Assembly: GCA_028688055.1 (NCBI GenBank)
Contig: JAQTYZ010000002.1
Location: 4,256 to 68,255 of the forward strand
Length of the DNA stretch: 64,000 bases
Direction: 5' to 3'
Source of the DNA: Patescibacteria group bacterium
GTDB taxonomy: Bacteria; Patescibacteriota; Patescibacteriia; Buchananbacterales; UBA6539
Each line of letters starts with the position of its first letter. Within the stretch, counting starts at the first letter, position 1. Shown one piece after another: positions 8,843 to 18,970 of the stretch. The notes beneath the pieces are model-generated. The model searched no databases, had not been told where the DNA came from, and worked only from the letters and a program-made list of their open reading frames with translations. The position numbers and the translations under genes were made by a program.

Positions 8843-11299
8843 ATGTTAATGTTTGTTTTCCTAAAAAAATTGTTAGCCCAAATTGAAGACCTGCCAATCA
8901 AGCCCTGGCAACTATTGGCCTGGTGGTATTTTATTACTATTATCAGAACCCTCCTTGAAGCTTTCACCGACAGTGGGGGGCATTTAAGCGGCTTCCAGCC
9001 ATTTTTTCTTCAATATCCTGCCTACTACGCCGTGGCCTTCATGGGCATAATTATTATTTTAAAATTAATTACCAATGAAAAAATAGAAAAAATCGCCAAA
9101 GTCTTTTTTCTTTTTTCTTTCTTTATTTTTATTGGCCCAACTGTTGACGCGTTGTTATCAGCCTCAAATAATATAAGCTACATCAGCGTTGACAACTGGC
9201 CACTGATATTAAAATCGTATCTCACCATTGGCCTGGGTGGTATTTTTTTCCAAGGGACCACTAGTGGTATCAAATTCGAATTAATATTTGCCCTGCTATC
9301 AATTTTTCTTTACCTGAAATTGAAAGGTGTCACAATTATAAAATCACTGCTTGGCATTAGTAGCATCTATTTTTTTATTATTTCAACTTTTTTAATCACC
9401 ACCTACATTAAATTTTTTTATCTCTATTTTGGGCTTACCTTTAATTTTACCTCCCAATTTATTGGTTTATTTTGGACCATAATAACTACCATCAATACTT
9501 TAATATTTTTTTATTTATGGGATAAGACTAAATTAAAAAACTGGTTTTATGGCCTCGACTGGTTTCGTACGACCTTGGTCTGGCTGGTGATGACGTGGGG
9601 GATCGTTATCTATTTCAACCAAAGGTTCGACCCAGCACTTTGGCAATCTGATTGGCCAGCCGTCATTCTAAAAATGCTCGCCGTGACGATGGTCGGTTTT
9701 CTCATTTGGCAAATTATTAGACTAATCAACGATTTTGTCGATTTTGACTTTGATCATTATTCACAGTCGCCCAATTTATTAAACCAACTGCCAAAATCAG
9801 ATTTAATTACCGTCCTAATATTTTATTTAATTTTCTTTTTATTTTTGGCGCTGCAAATAAATTATACTTTTTTTGTCCTGCTGTTAATCTATATCCTCAT
9901 CGGCTATTTTTACAGCTGTAAACCAATATTTTTAAAACGCCATTTTATTTCAACCGCGGTTGCTTTAAGCCTAAATTATCTCCTCGCTTTTTGGGCCGGC
10001 TATGCGGCTTTTTTTACCACCGCTGACTCCCTAAATTTAGTGCCAAGAAACATCAGCCTGCTAATATTTCTCACCTTTGTCGCCGTGATCGGTTTTAAAG
10101 ACGTCAAAGATGAATTAAGTGACAAGCAACAAGGAGTAGTCACCTTGGTCACTCGCTACGGAGTTAATTGGGCCGCCAAAATTATTAGCTTAATGATTAT
10201 TTTAGTAATTCTTTTGGGCGGCTGGCTGTGGCACAGTTGGCCCTTATTAATCTTCGCGTTAATTGCCTTCGCCGCCGCTTATTATTTGACTAACGGTTTT
10301 ACAATTTTTAAAAATAAAATTGCGTTGGCTATTACTCTAATTTTATTTTCAATTGCCGCGCCCATCGTCGTTAGTTTTAATAAACCACTTCAAGCCTCAA
10401 TTGGTGCCATCAATTTAAAAAATGACGCCGGTTGGCATCCAACGGCCAATCAAGAAGCGTGGGATATTTCAAGCCTCTTAACCGATCAAAACGGCGATCG
10501 CTACTTTTTTTCCCAGAACTACTCGCTGTTAAACGGATCAACTCTAACTTTAATTGATTTACAGACTAAACAATATTACAAAGAATATTTTCCTGATGAG
10601 GGTTTCACGGCCATTACTAAAAATATCTTAGCAATCAACCAATATATTCCGGGCTACCATGGCAGCAATGTGTTTTATGACAATAACCGCGGCCCTTATA
10701 TTTTAAAAACCTATTTTGCCGATGGTTTACTTGAATTGACTGCCAAGGAAAAATCTAATGGCAATTTAATGGCGGCCACACCTAATGGCGTACTGAGTTT
10801 AAAAAATGGGGGAATGATTAATCAGTATTCACAACCAAATTTGGTAGCCAAAGGCCGCTTAATTTTTACCGGCCAAAAAATTATTAACATTTCTGGCCCA
10901 TTTTGGTTAGAACATCGTTGGGGTAATTTTACCGCTGACTGGCGCCAATTAAATTTAATCACCATTAATCTCGACGATGAGACAAAAATAATGATTGCTT
11001 ACCTGGGTTATGACAACGGCAGCCTGGCTTACGGTGGCCTTTTAAAAAATAACGAACTACAAAATTTTAGTCAGCTAACAATCCGGGTCGATCAAGACTG
11101 GCAAAGTCCAACCACCAACCAAAAGTGGCCAATCAAATTGAATTTAGCCAATCGCAATATTAATCTCGAGCTAGAAGCCATTTTACCAAATCAAGAAGCT
11201 CCCCAAAATACTTGGTCGGGACCAATGACGGTAACAGGCGAAGTTAATGGACAGCCAGTTGCTGGTTGGGCAAATTTTAGTGAGCTACGCCCCGACTAA
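8843..11299 (+). CDS. polytopic membrane protein: UbiA-like prenyltransferase core fused to a ~300-aa C-terminal soluble domain
   Basis: More than 12 hydrophobic segments. FKDVKDELSDKQQG is an Asp-rich motif like the second UbiA motif. The C-terminal domain (WLEHRWGNF...) is possibly CrtC/AttH lipocalin-like. Confidence 0.5.
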   Translation: MLMFVFLKKLLAQIEDLPIKPWQLLAWWYFITIIRTLLEAFTDSGGHLSGFQPFFLQYPAYYAVAFMGIIIILKLITNEKIEKIAKVFFLFSFFIFIGPTVDALLSASNNISYISVDNWPLILKSYLTIGLGGIFFQGTTSGIKFELIFALLSIFLYLKLKGVTIIKSLLGISSIYFFIISTFLITTYIKFFYLYFGLTFNFTSQFIGLFWTIITTINTLIFFYLWDKTKLKNWFYGLDWFRTTLVWLVMTWGIVIYFNQRFDPALWQSDWPAVILKMLAVTMVGFLIWQIIRLINDFVDFDFDHYSQSPNLLNQLPKSDLITVLIFYLIFFLFLALQINYTFFVLLLIYILIGYFYSCKPIFLKRHFISTAVALSLNYLLAFWAGYAAFFTTADSLNLVPRNISLLIFLTFVAVIGFKDVKDELSDKQQGVVTLVTRYGVNWAAKIISLMIILVILLGGWLWHSWPLLIFALIAFAAAYYLTNGFTIFKNKIALAITLILFSIAAPIVVSFNKPLQASIGAINLKNDAGWHPTANQEAWDISSLLTDQNGDRYFFSQNYSLLNGSTLTLIDLQTKQYYKEYFPDEGFTAITKNILAINQYIPGYHGSNVFYDNNRGPYILKTYFADGLLELTAKEKSNGNLMAATPNGVLSLKNGGMINQYSQPNLVAKGRLIFTGQKIINISGPFWLEHRWGNFTADWRQLNLITINLDDETKIMIAYLGYDNGSLAYGGLLKNNELQNFSQLTIRVDQDWQSPTTNQKWPIKLNLANRNINLELEAILPNQEAPQNTWSGPMTVTGEVNGQPVAGWANFSELRPD

Positions 11300-11657
11300 A
11301 TTAGGGTCAAAACTTTACTAATTACAGTACTGATAAACAGTAATTTATTTATTTTAATGACCATATTTGAAAACAAAAAAATAAACAAAATTCAGTCCCA
11401 AGACCTTGTCCAGCCCATTCAAACAACTGCAATTGCTTTTGTGGTAATTACGACTTGTCGCGACTAAATTTAAAAACTGTTTTAATAGTGGAAACTTTTT
11501 ATATCAGCTTCGACTGTCAAACCAAACAAGAAATTATTACTAAATATTCTATATCAATATATTATTTCTTTCATACTACTGTCTTGCGGCTATAAACTTC
11601 TTTATACCGGTGACAGAAATTATGTTTATAAGGTGAAATAACTTATAAAAAATAAAT

Positions 11658-12629
11658 ATGCCAGCCAAAGAACCGTTATATTTTTTTCTTCACATTCCTA
11701 AAACCGGCGGAACAACAATTAATCAAGCACTGGCCTCAACCTATAAAAATGGCGAGTTCATTTTTTTACCATCAAATATTTTAGACGAAAAAGCAAGCAG
11801 AAAATCCATTAAAAATTATTTACTAAACATTCCAGTGGCTAAAAAAAATCTAATTAAAGTGATTGCTGGTCATGATGTTTATTACGGTTTACATAATATT
11901 TTTCCCAACCGCGAACCACGCTATATTGCTTGTTTTCGCCACCCAGTTGATTTAACAATATCTAGCTACAATTATTATTTAACCATTACTAATAAAAAAG
12001 ACTGCAATCCAACAAATATTGCAAAACAACCCATTAATGATATTAAAATACTAAATTTTCAAGACGTCTTAACAAAGTATGAGGAACTCCATAATTTAAC
12101 TTTTAAATTTCTCGCTGATCGCCTGCTCGATAATAAACGTTTAAATAAACACCTAAATCTAAAGGATGTAGACTATATTAATACAAAAAATAATGATTTT
12201 ATTTTAAAAAAAATTAAAAATATATTGTCGCATTTTTATTTTTTAGGTATAACGGAAAAATCGCAAGATGATTTTTTATTTATTGCTGATAAATTTGGCA
12301 TAACTAAGTACATGCCAAAAGATAATATTTCAACAAAATTTTTTAATCTTAGCACCAATCCAACAATTAAAAATGCCATCGAACAATATAATCTCTTAGA
12401 TCAAAATTTATACGACTATGCAGTGCAAGTTAATAATAGTTATAAAAAAAATAATCAAAATTTTAATTTAAGGGTGAAAAAAATAAATAATATGTTTACT
12501 CTGGGGTTGATTATGGATATGTTTAAAATAACGCATTATCCTCAAAATATCTATCGCTTTTCTGATTGGCTCAAACAAAAATCTAACTTGTATAAAAAAA
12601 TATTAGCATACTTTAAAAATTTACATTAA
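11658..12629 (+). CDS. sulfotransferase family protein
   Basis: N-terminal FFLHIPKTGGTT is a PAPS 5'-phosphosulfate-binding-loop motif of Sulfotransfer_2/3 families. Very AT-rich gene. Confidence 0.65.
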   Translation: MPAKEPLYFFLHIPKTGGTTINQALASTYKNGEFIFLPSNILDEKASRKSIKNYLLNIPVAKKNLIKVIAGHDVYYGLHNIFPNREPRYIACFRHPVDLTISSYNYYLTITNKKDCNPTNIAKQPINDIKILNFQDVLTKYEELHNLTFKFLADRLLDNKRLNKHLNLKDVDYINTKNNDFILKKIKNILSHFYFLGITEKSQDDFLFIADKFGITKYMPKDNISTKFFNLSTNPTIKNAIEQYNLLDQNLYDYAVQVNNSYKKNNQNFNLRVKKINNMFTLGLIMDMFKITHYPQNIYRFSDWLKQKSNLYKKILAYFKNLH

Positions 12630-13336
12630 TGATTTTTGACTAGACGTAAATTATTTTTTACCTCCAATGTCATTTCTCGTATTGTTTTTATTTCAAAATT
12701 TTCTATCAGTAATAATTCATATATTTTTTTCAAATACTCACTTGGCCAAGGACAATATCCTTCATTATCGAGGCCATGTGCTCTCAAAATTAACCAACTA
12801 TTAGCTGGCAGCTGGCTTATTTTTTTCAAGGCCTTTTCTATTGTTAATCTGCCCTCAAATGGGTCAAAAGAAATCAGTTCTAAAAGGTCAATTTTTTCTA
12901 ATGAATTATAAATATATTTACCATCACATAGTCTGATAGAGTCGTAGGGTGGATTGTCTGGAGATTTAATGCCGTAAGGCATAGCCAATGAATAAGGACC
13001 AGGATGAAACTGTTGGATATATTTTAACGATTCAATATAACCGTCTGGGCCATCACTGCTTGGCCCAGCATGGCAGACAGTATGAGAACTTATTTCATGA
13101 CCTAGATTAGACAGCTTCTTCCATTGCTCAAAGTCTCCGTGATCTAAGCCGATATTACATTTGTCATTAATCTTTATAGGATTTGGTTTTAGCCATCCAG
13201 TCACAATATAAAATATTGCTTTATTGGGATAGATAATGTCGTTTACTTTATTGGCGCTATTTATAAGGCCATCATCAAAGGTAAATGACACGTAACGATT
13301 AATTATCTTTTTGGGTTTGTAAAAAAAATTAAACAT
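12626..13336 (-). CDS. polysaccharide deacetylase (CE4/NodB-homology domain)
   Basis: TFDDG and HTVCH motifs. Confidence 0.65.
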   Translation of the reverse strand: MFNFFYKPKKIINRYVSFTFDDGLINSANKVNDIIYPNKAIFYIVTGWLKPNPIKINDKCNIGLDHGDFEQWKKLSNLGHEISSHTVCHAGPSSDGPDGYIESLKYIQQFHPGPYSLAMPYGIKSPDNPPYDSIRLCDGKYIYNSLEKIDLLELISFDPFEGRLTIEKALKKISQLPANSWLILRAHGLDNEGYCPWPSEYLKKIYELLLIENFEIKTIREMTLEVKNNLRLVKNH

Positions 13337-13342
13337 AAGTTA

Positions 13343-14353
13343 TTACAGGATATTTTGCAAGTATTTTAATTGTCTATAAAGTTTAATTTTTGTTCCTACC
13401 AGTAATGAGATGTCACCTTTCAGGAAAAAGATCAATTCTAATGGTAAAAAAAACAGTTCTTTCAAGATAAATACCATATCATAAAATGGCAAATCAACGC
13501 CTAGGTTTCTTTTTAGGGTACATTCAGACAAATAAGATAAATTATACATTTTTACGGATGATTTAATGCTTTTTTGATTATAGCTTCCATTAAATTCTCG
13601 ATGGGTATCTGGAACTCGGTGGTGTTTAATTGATACTTGATCTATGAAGTATGGGAAGTGCGGCCAGAGAGTTTCAATTTGCCGAATCAGATCAGTATCA
13701 TCGTGAGAAAAAATAATTTGCTGGTTGAAGTGGACGTAGTCAAAAATCTTTTTTTTGATTGACAAATTCCCGGCCGCTATTGTTCCTGCAATTGGCTGAT
13801 TAGTGACTAAGTTTTGTTTAAGAACTGTGTCATATATTTGCCCCTGACCTAAAAAGAAACTGCCATTAGCATATTTATGATAAAGGCGACTTAGCCATTC
13901 AGGATCAACTTCACAATCATCATCAATAAAAATTAAGAGTTCTCCGGTAGCCATTTTGATTCCTTTATTCCGGCCAGCGGATATGCTTATTATTTTCTCC
14001 TGAAAAACTTTTAATAATTTATTATTTTGGGCATATTGTTGTAAATATATATAAGTTCCATCATTTGAATTATTATCAATAATAATTATTTCATAAGGTA
14101 AGGTATCAAATTGAAGATGTTCTAGGCTGGCCAAAGCATATTTTTTAAGGGCATTCAGACGATTTCTAGTGGTGATTATAATTGAAATCTTATTAATTTG
14201 ATCTCCAATAATTTCAGTGGTGGTTTTTTTTATTATATCGACGGGTAATGTTTTTTTATTATATTTTTTATTCAATCCCTCATATATTTTAAATGGAAAA
14301 TAATAAATATAATTCTTTATTTTTTTTGGCATCAATTGCAACAGATACTTCAT
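13343..14353 (-). CDS. family 2 glycosyltransferase
   Basis: ISIIITTRNR...IIIDNNSNDGT...IFIDDDC (GT-A fold with DxD). Confidence 0.75.
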   Translation of the reverse strand: MKYLLQLMPKKIKNYIYYFPFKIYEGLNKKYNKKTLPVDIIKKTTTEIIGDQINKISIIITTRNRLNALKKYALASLEHLQFDTLPYEIIIIDNNSNDGTYIYLQQYAQNNKLLKVFQEKIISISAGRNKGIKMATGELLIFIDDDCEVDPEWLSRLYHKYANGSFFLGQGQIYDTVLKQNLVTNQPIAGTIAAGNLSIKKKIFDYVHFNQQIIFSHDDTDLIRQIETLWPHFPYFIDQVSIKHHRVPDTHREFNGSYNQKSIKSSVKMYNLSYLSECTLKRNLGVDLPFYDMVFILKELFFLPLELIFFLKGDISLLVGTKIKLYRQLKYLQNIL

Positions 14354-15369
14354 GATTTTTGGCTTAATTTAAATATTTCTTTGTCTGATATTTTTCTCGT
14401 TGCCTGGATGTTTTTTCTCAACTTCAAAGTCTTTGATAAATTATGTAAATTCCAATAAAAAGCCATGAACGGGATGGGCAAAAATTTAATTCGTTTGATA
14501 AAATAATTTTTGTTTTTGAATAATGGCACTAGCTTGCCATTCTCTATTTTTCTATTTAATAAATATCCGCCAGGATATAGGATAAAATAATCCAATATAA
14601 TAATCGGCAGCGCTTTAACGATATTTTTAAATTCGTAATTTTTTAAAATTGTATAAAGTGAATTTCGACGACAAAGATATATTTTTTTAAACTGATAATT
14701 GCCCCAGGTAGCACTACCTTTATGATAAACTACGGCACTAGGCTCAAAGATAATCTTATAACCCAATAAATTTGCCCGGTAACCCCAATCCAAATCTTCA
14801 AAATATGAATAATAGTTTTCATCTAGTAACCCGACATTTCGAAATGACTCCCTTTTTATTAGTGTGGACCCCCAACAGCTTGCCAAGATATCTTTCTGAA
14901 AATTATTTACCTCCGCTTTGTTCCGATTGAAATTTATATCCAGCCCATAACCAGAAAAAGTAAATCTTCCACCCTGGCTATTGATTATGTTCGGATGATC
15001 ATAAAAGAGCATATTAGAGGCCACGGCTACTATCTTCCCATCAGATTTAATAGCGGTTACAAGATTTTTCAGCCAAGCCTTATCAACCCTAATATCATTA
15101 TTTAAAATAGCTATATAATCAGGATTATATTTATCCAAAGAATAATTAATCCCATAATTTACCACCTTAGCAAAGCCCAAATTATTTTTTAAAGCTACAA
15201 CCTCTATTGCGGGAAATTTATTTTTTATAAAAACAATACTACCATCTGTCGAACAATCATCTATTACTATAATTTTTATATTGTGATAAGTTTGGCTTAT
15301 TAAAGAAGACAGGCATTCTTGAAGATGGCCTTCCCCATTAAAATTAACTACTAGAACAATAGTTTCCAT
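14350..15369 (-). CDS. family 2 glycosyltransferase
   Basis: VLVVNFN...VIDDCSTDGS, GT2 signature. 4-bp overlap with the downstream GT2. Confidence 0.75.
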   Translation of the reverse strand: METIVLVVNFNGEGHLQECLSSLISQTYHNIKIIVIDDCSTDGSIVFIKNKFPAIEVVALKNNLGFAKVVNYGINYSLDKYNPDYIAILNNDIRVDKAWLKNLVTAIKSDGKIVAVASNMLFYDHPNIINSQGGRFTFSGYGLDINFNRNKAEVNNFQKDILASCWGSTLIKRESFRNVGLLDENYYSYFEDLDWGYRANLLGYKIIFEPSAVVYHKGSATWGNYQFKKIYLCRRNSLYTILKNYEFKNIVKALPIIILDYFILYPGGYLLNRKIENGKLVPLFKNKNYFIKRIKFLPIPFMAFYWNLHNLSKTLKLRKNIQATRKISDKEIFKLSQKS

Positions 15370-15371
15370 AG

Positions 15372-16106
15372 TTAGATATCATAATTTTTTACCATGCCAT
15401 CTAATCTTTTTATTTCAAAACCGACGCGTTGGCATTTATTGCCACAATTGGGACAAGACTCTCCTTCCAAAATCGTACCTACATCTCCAGTGCGAAATCC
15501 CTCTGGATAATGATTGGAATAAAATATCAATTCATTATTTAGCGAATCGACCTCAAACTTGCCTGATTCGGTAAAAACATGGTAACCACATGACAAATCA
15601 TCACAAGTTGTCCAGGCGACTCTCGCTTCAGTGAAACCATAGGTAGCATAAATTATTGTTCCTGGGCAGAGCATCCTTGATTCTTGAATAAATTTATTGT
15701 TGATGCCATTAGCTCCGATAATTAATTTCATCCGACTGAGATCGACATTATTTTCTTTGGCTAGGTTTAATGTCTTAAGAATGTAACCGGGCAGGCCGGC
15801 AATCATTTCCGGTGGAAATGATTTCATGATATTTATGGTTTTTTCTGATGTCACATGTTTGCCGCCACCGGTGTTTATTGTTAGAGAGCCGGTTATTTCT
15901 CCATACATGGCACCTAAATAATACCCCAGGTGAGGGGCAAAAGGTAATAAATTATAATAAACTCCGGCTTGCTTGTGGATCATCGAAAATCTAGAAATAC
16001 ATTTTTCCATGTTGATTTTGTCTTCCATGGTGTAAATTATCGGCTTAGCGCTTTTACCGGATGTTCCCGAACTGAAGAGAAGGAGAATGGGAGTGTTATT
16101 TTTCAT
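15372..16106 (-). CDS. adenylate-forming enzyme fragment (PaaK/CapK-like), N-terminally truncated
   Basis: The AMP-binding P-loop SSGTSGKSAKP lies at residue 12 rather than ~90-100, and there is no room upstream. C-terminal CPNCGNKC. Confidence 0.45.
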   Translation of the reverse strand: MKNNTPILLLFSSGTSGKSAKPIIYTMEDKINMEKCISRFSMIHKQAGVYYNLLPFAPHLGYYLGAMYGEITGSLTINTGGGKHVTSEKTINIMKSFPPEMIAGLPGYILKTLNLAKENNVDLSRMKLIIGANGINNKFIQESRMLCPGTIIYATYGFTEARVAWTTCDDLSCGYHVFTESGKFEVDSLNNELIFYSNHYPEGFRTGDVGTILEGESCPNCGNKCQRVGFEIKRLDGMVKNYDI

Positions 16107-16113
16107 ATGTTTC

Positions 16114-16863
16114 TTATTTATGAAATACTAATAATAAATATTTTCGGTTATCATCGGCGTATATTTTTTTAGAAAATGACCAATTTTTTAAGTATTTTTT
16201 ACTATTTAAATCTTTGGCTAGATTAATTGCAAAATCAGTTGTAGGAATGATATTTTTTGTTAGATCCTGCTTTTCAATAAGTACATATTTATTTTGACTT
16301 AATATTTTTATTAATTTAACTTCAGTATTCTTTAGTGGTACACCCTCCTTATCAAATTCATCAAGAATTATTAGACTACTATGTTCTTTTAAGCAACTTA
16401 CTATATTTGATATAGCTAATTCAGTATTTATAAAATATTGGTATGATTCTATTAAAACCGCAAGATCAAATTTTTTATCAATTTTTAAATTTTCTGCCGA
16501 AGTAAGAAGAAATGATACTTTGGGATTATGTTTTTTACCATACTTGATAAAATTTTGGTCAGGCACCACACAAAGACAATGGTAATTTTTATTCATAAAT
16601 TGTCTGGCCATACTGCCGATTCCACCGCCAACATCAATAATATCTTTTGTATCTACTGGAATTTTATCAATTACTAGTTTTGATAGATTTTCTTGAGCGT
16701 CAATTATGCTATCATTTTTGTTTTTGTAATAACCATAATGTATATGTTTCCAACCAAAAACTTTTAAAAAAGTAAAATGGGCCGACAAAAAATCCTTCTC
16801 CTTAATAATTTTAATTCTGAGATATATTATTTTTATTTTATAAATTATTTTTGAATAACACAT
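16114..16863 (-). CDS. class I SAM-dependent methyltransferase
   Basis: DVGGGIGSMA motif I and an acidic motif II. Confidence 0.65.
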   Translation of the reverse strand: MCYSKIIYKIKIIYLRIKIIKEKDFLSAHFTFLKVFGWKHIHYGYYKNKNDSIIDAQENLSKLVIDKIPVDTKDIIDVGGGIGSMARQFMNKNYHCLCVVPDQNFIKYGKKHNPKVSFLLTSAENLKIDKKFDLAVLIESYQYFINTELAISNIVSCLKEHSSLIILDEFDKEGVPLKNTEVKLIKILSQNKYVLIEKQDLTKNIIPTTDFAINLAKDLNSKKYLKNWSFSKKIYADDNRKYLLLVFHK

Positions 16864-16866
16864 ATT

Positions 16867-18969
16867 TTATATTAATAAACTCCAATCGGCATCAATACAT
16901 GTTAAATATAAATCGTCAGTTTCAATTGGGTAGCAAGAGTCATTATAAGTAAAATAAATCTCCCTTCCTTTATAATAGTTTCTCAAATGTAAAATTTTCA
17001 ATAGCCTCATATCAGTTGTAACTAATCTTAATTTTCTCACCCCCAATTTTTGGCAAAAATATTCAATGGCTAAAAATATACTAGCATTAATATATTCATT
17101 TAAAATCAGTATATCGGAAATAACAGCATTAGTTTCATTTTTCTCTAATGAAAAATAACCGATTATTTTGCTGCTTTTTTTAACAATAAATAAGTCCATT
17201 TTTTTTGGGGAATCTATTATTCTCCATTTTATAAATTCCCAATTTCGAACTACCCCAACATTAATTTCAGTTTTTTTACGTTCCCAAAGGCTGTTTATTT
17301 CTTTTTCACCTTCATCGGCACTAACTTTTTCGATAGTTAATTCACTCTGAATGATTTTCTCATTAAAGTTTAATATTTTAGGCCAACATAACCAGTATAA
17401 TCTTTTTTCAAGGAGATTAGATTTGATGGTTTTATTTGCTTGATGGGCGCCAGCAGCTGGAACCACTCTGCCATATACAGAATTCATTTTTTTATTGACA
17501 AACCCCCATGGCAAAAAATTACCTTGATCAATAAGCATACTAAAACAACTTTTAATAAACCCCTGATCTCGATATTGTTTTTCTATCCCCACCTCAGCAA
17601 TTTGATGAATAATTTGCTCCTTTGAATAGTATTTGATTTTGTGGCGTAAAACAGCAAATTGTCCGATTATTTCTTTTGTGCTATTCTCAGCAACAAGTAT
17701 CATTGAGCCCATTGGACAGTTCTTATATTTCCAAATCCATTTAGCATAATCCGTGGGATCAAAAATTTTATTGATAATATTGATCAGCCCCGCTTCATCG
17801 CCAGCTTGGTATGGCCTTATTTTGTAAAGGAGTTTTTCTAATTGTTGTTGGTTGTCAGCCATTTTTTTTGTGGCGAATGGCAACTGTTTTAATTTTTTAT
17901 AAAGCCATGGCGAATATTTTTTCAAAAAAATTCCAACGAGTCCCAACAACCTATCGATCAAAATTTTACTATTAATCCACATCGAAGCAGGCTGTTTGAA
18001 TTTCAATAAAAAATAATATAAATCCGGAGATAGTTTTTTTAGAGCAAGACCCCACCAACCAATAAATCGATCAATAAGCCATTTTGGGCAGGAGAATATT
18101 ATTTGCCTAATTAAATGATGATGATATTTTTTCAATTCTTCGTCACTCCAAACAAATTGAGCTGATGGACGGTTATTTAAATTAATTTGGTCAGCTTTGC
18201 TTAAGTTATCTTTCCATGTATTGTAAATTGATTGGCAATAATAAATTGGTTTTTGATAAGAAATAAAATGCACCATAATTGATTTTAGCTTTTTTGGTTC
18301 TATGTAATAATTCTTTAATTGATTATAATTCAGACAGTAGATAGGTGATAAATTATCCCACTCGTTGGCAAAATATAAACTCAGGATAAATTCGTCAATG
18401 TTACCAATATGATTTTGGTATTTAATTAGGAGAGATTTTAAATCATCAAATGTTTTGTGTGTTATGATTTCAGTATTGATAACAAGGAAGTTACAGCAAG
18501 GTATTGGCAAGTTGAGATTATATTTTTTCAGATTAGTTTGTTGGAATTTATTATTAAGCTCGTAAAATCTTAAAAAATGTTTCAATTTAACCTGCCAGAA
18601 GAAATACCGAATACCCGTTGCGGCTATTTTATTTGTGTCTAATAAATTATCTAATGAGGCAGTTACTATCAAGTCAGCATCCAGAAAAATTATTTTATCC
18701 CATTGCTTGAATTCTGATGTAAATAAATAGAGTTTACTCAATATGACTGCCGGCCAGCGCCCAACTAATTTTTCTGCCAATGGTTCGCATTTTTTGATTA
18801 AGATGCCTTTGTCTCTAAACCATTTCAAATCTTCTTCCGGCACTTCATGAGCTAACAGCATATAATCGCCTTGCCAACCAGAATTAAAATAAACACTGCT
18901 AAATAATTGCTTAGCAAAGTCTAAATATTTTTTATCGGCTAGAGTGACAAGAAGATTTTTTTTATTCAT
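16867..18969 (-). CDS. GT8-like nucleotide-sugar transferase fused to a C-terminal GNAT-like domain (700 aa)
   Basis: N-terminal LVTLADKKY...IIFLDADLIV (GT8/glycogenin-like DxD). Middle amphipathic repeats. C-terminal VGIEKQYRDQGFIKS is GNAT motif-A-like. Confidence 0.5.
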   Translation of the reverse strand: MNKKNLLVTLADKKYLDFAKQLFSSVYFNSGWQGDYMLLAHEVPEEDLKWFRDKGILIKKCEPLAEKLVGRWPAVILSKLYLFTSEFKQWDKIIFLDADLIVTASLDNLLDTNKIAATGIRYFFWQVKLKHFLRFYELNNKFQQTNLKKYNLNLPIPCCNFLVINTEIITHKTFDDLKSLLIKYQNHIGNIDEFILSLYFANEWDNLSPIYCLNYNQLKNYYIEPKKLKSIMVHFISYQKPIYYCQSIYNTWKDNLSKADQINLNNRPSAQFVWSDEELKKYHHHLIRQIIFSCPKWLIDRFIGWWGLALKKLSPDLYYFLLKFKQPASMWINSKILIDRLLGLVGIFLKKYSPWLYKKLKQLPFATKKMADNQQQLEKLLYKIRPYQAGDEAGLINIINKIFDPTDYAKWIWKYKNCPMGSMILVAENSTKEIIGQFAVLRHKIKYYSKEQIIHQIAEVGIEKQYRDQGFIKSCFSMLIDQGNFLPWGFVNKKMNSVYGRVVPAAGAHQANKTIKSNLLEKRLYWLCWPKILNFNEKIIQSELTIEKVSADEGEKEINSLWERKKTEINVGVVRNWEFIKWRIIDSPKKMDLFIVKKSSKIIGYFSLEKNETNAVISDILILNEYINASIFLAIEYFCQKLGVRKLRLVTTDMRLLKILHLRNYYKGREIYFTYNDSCYPIETDDLYLTCIDADWSLLI

Positions 18970-18970
18970 T
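18668..18970 (-). repeat. 303-bp perfect direct repeat, copy A (5' end of the GT8 paralog)
   Basis: Identical to 19668..19970 at an offset of exactly 1000 bp. Confidence 0.9.

Noticed and set aside
12636-12911. 91-aa plus-strand ORF
   Set aside because: Antisense to the well-supported CE4 deacetylase gene and a hydrophobic low-complexity product.
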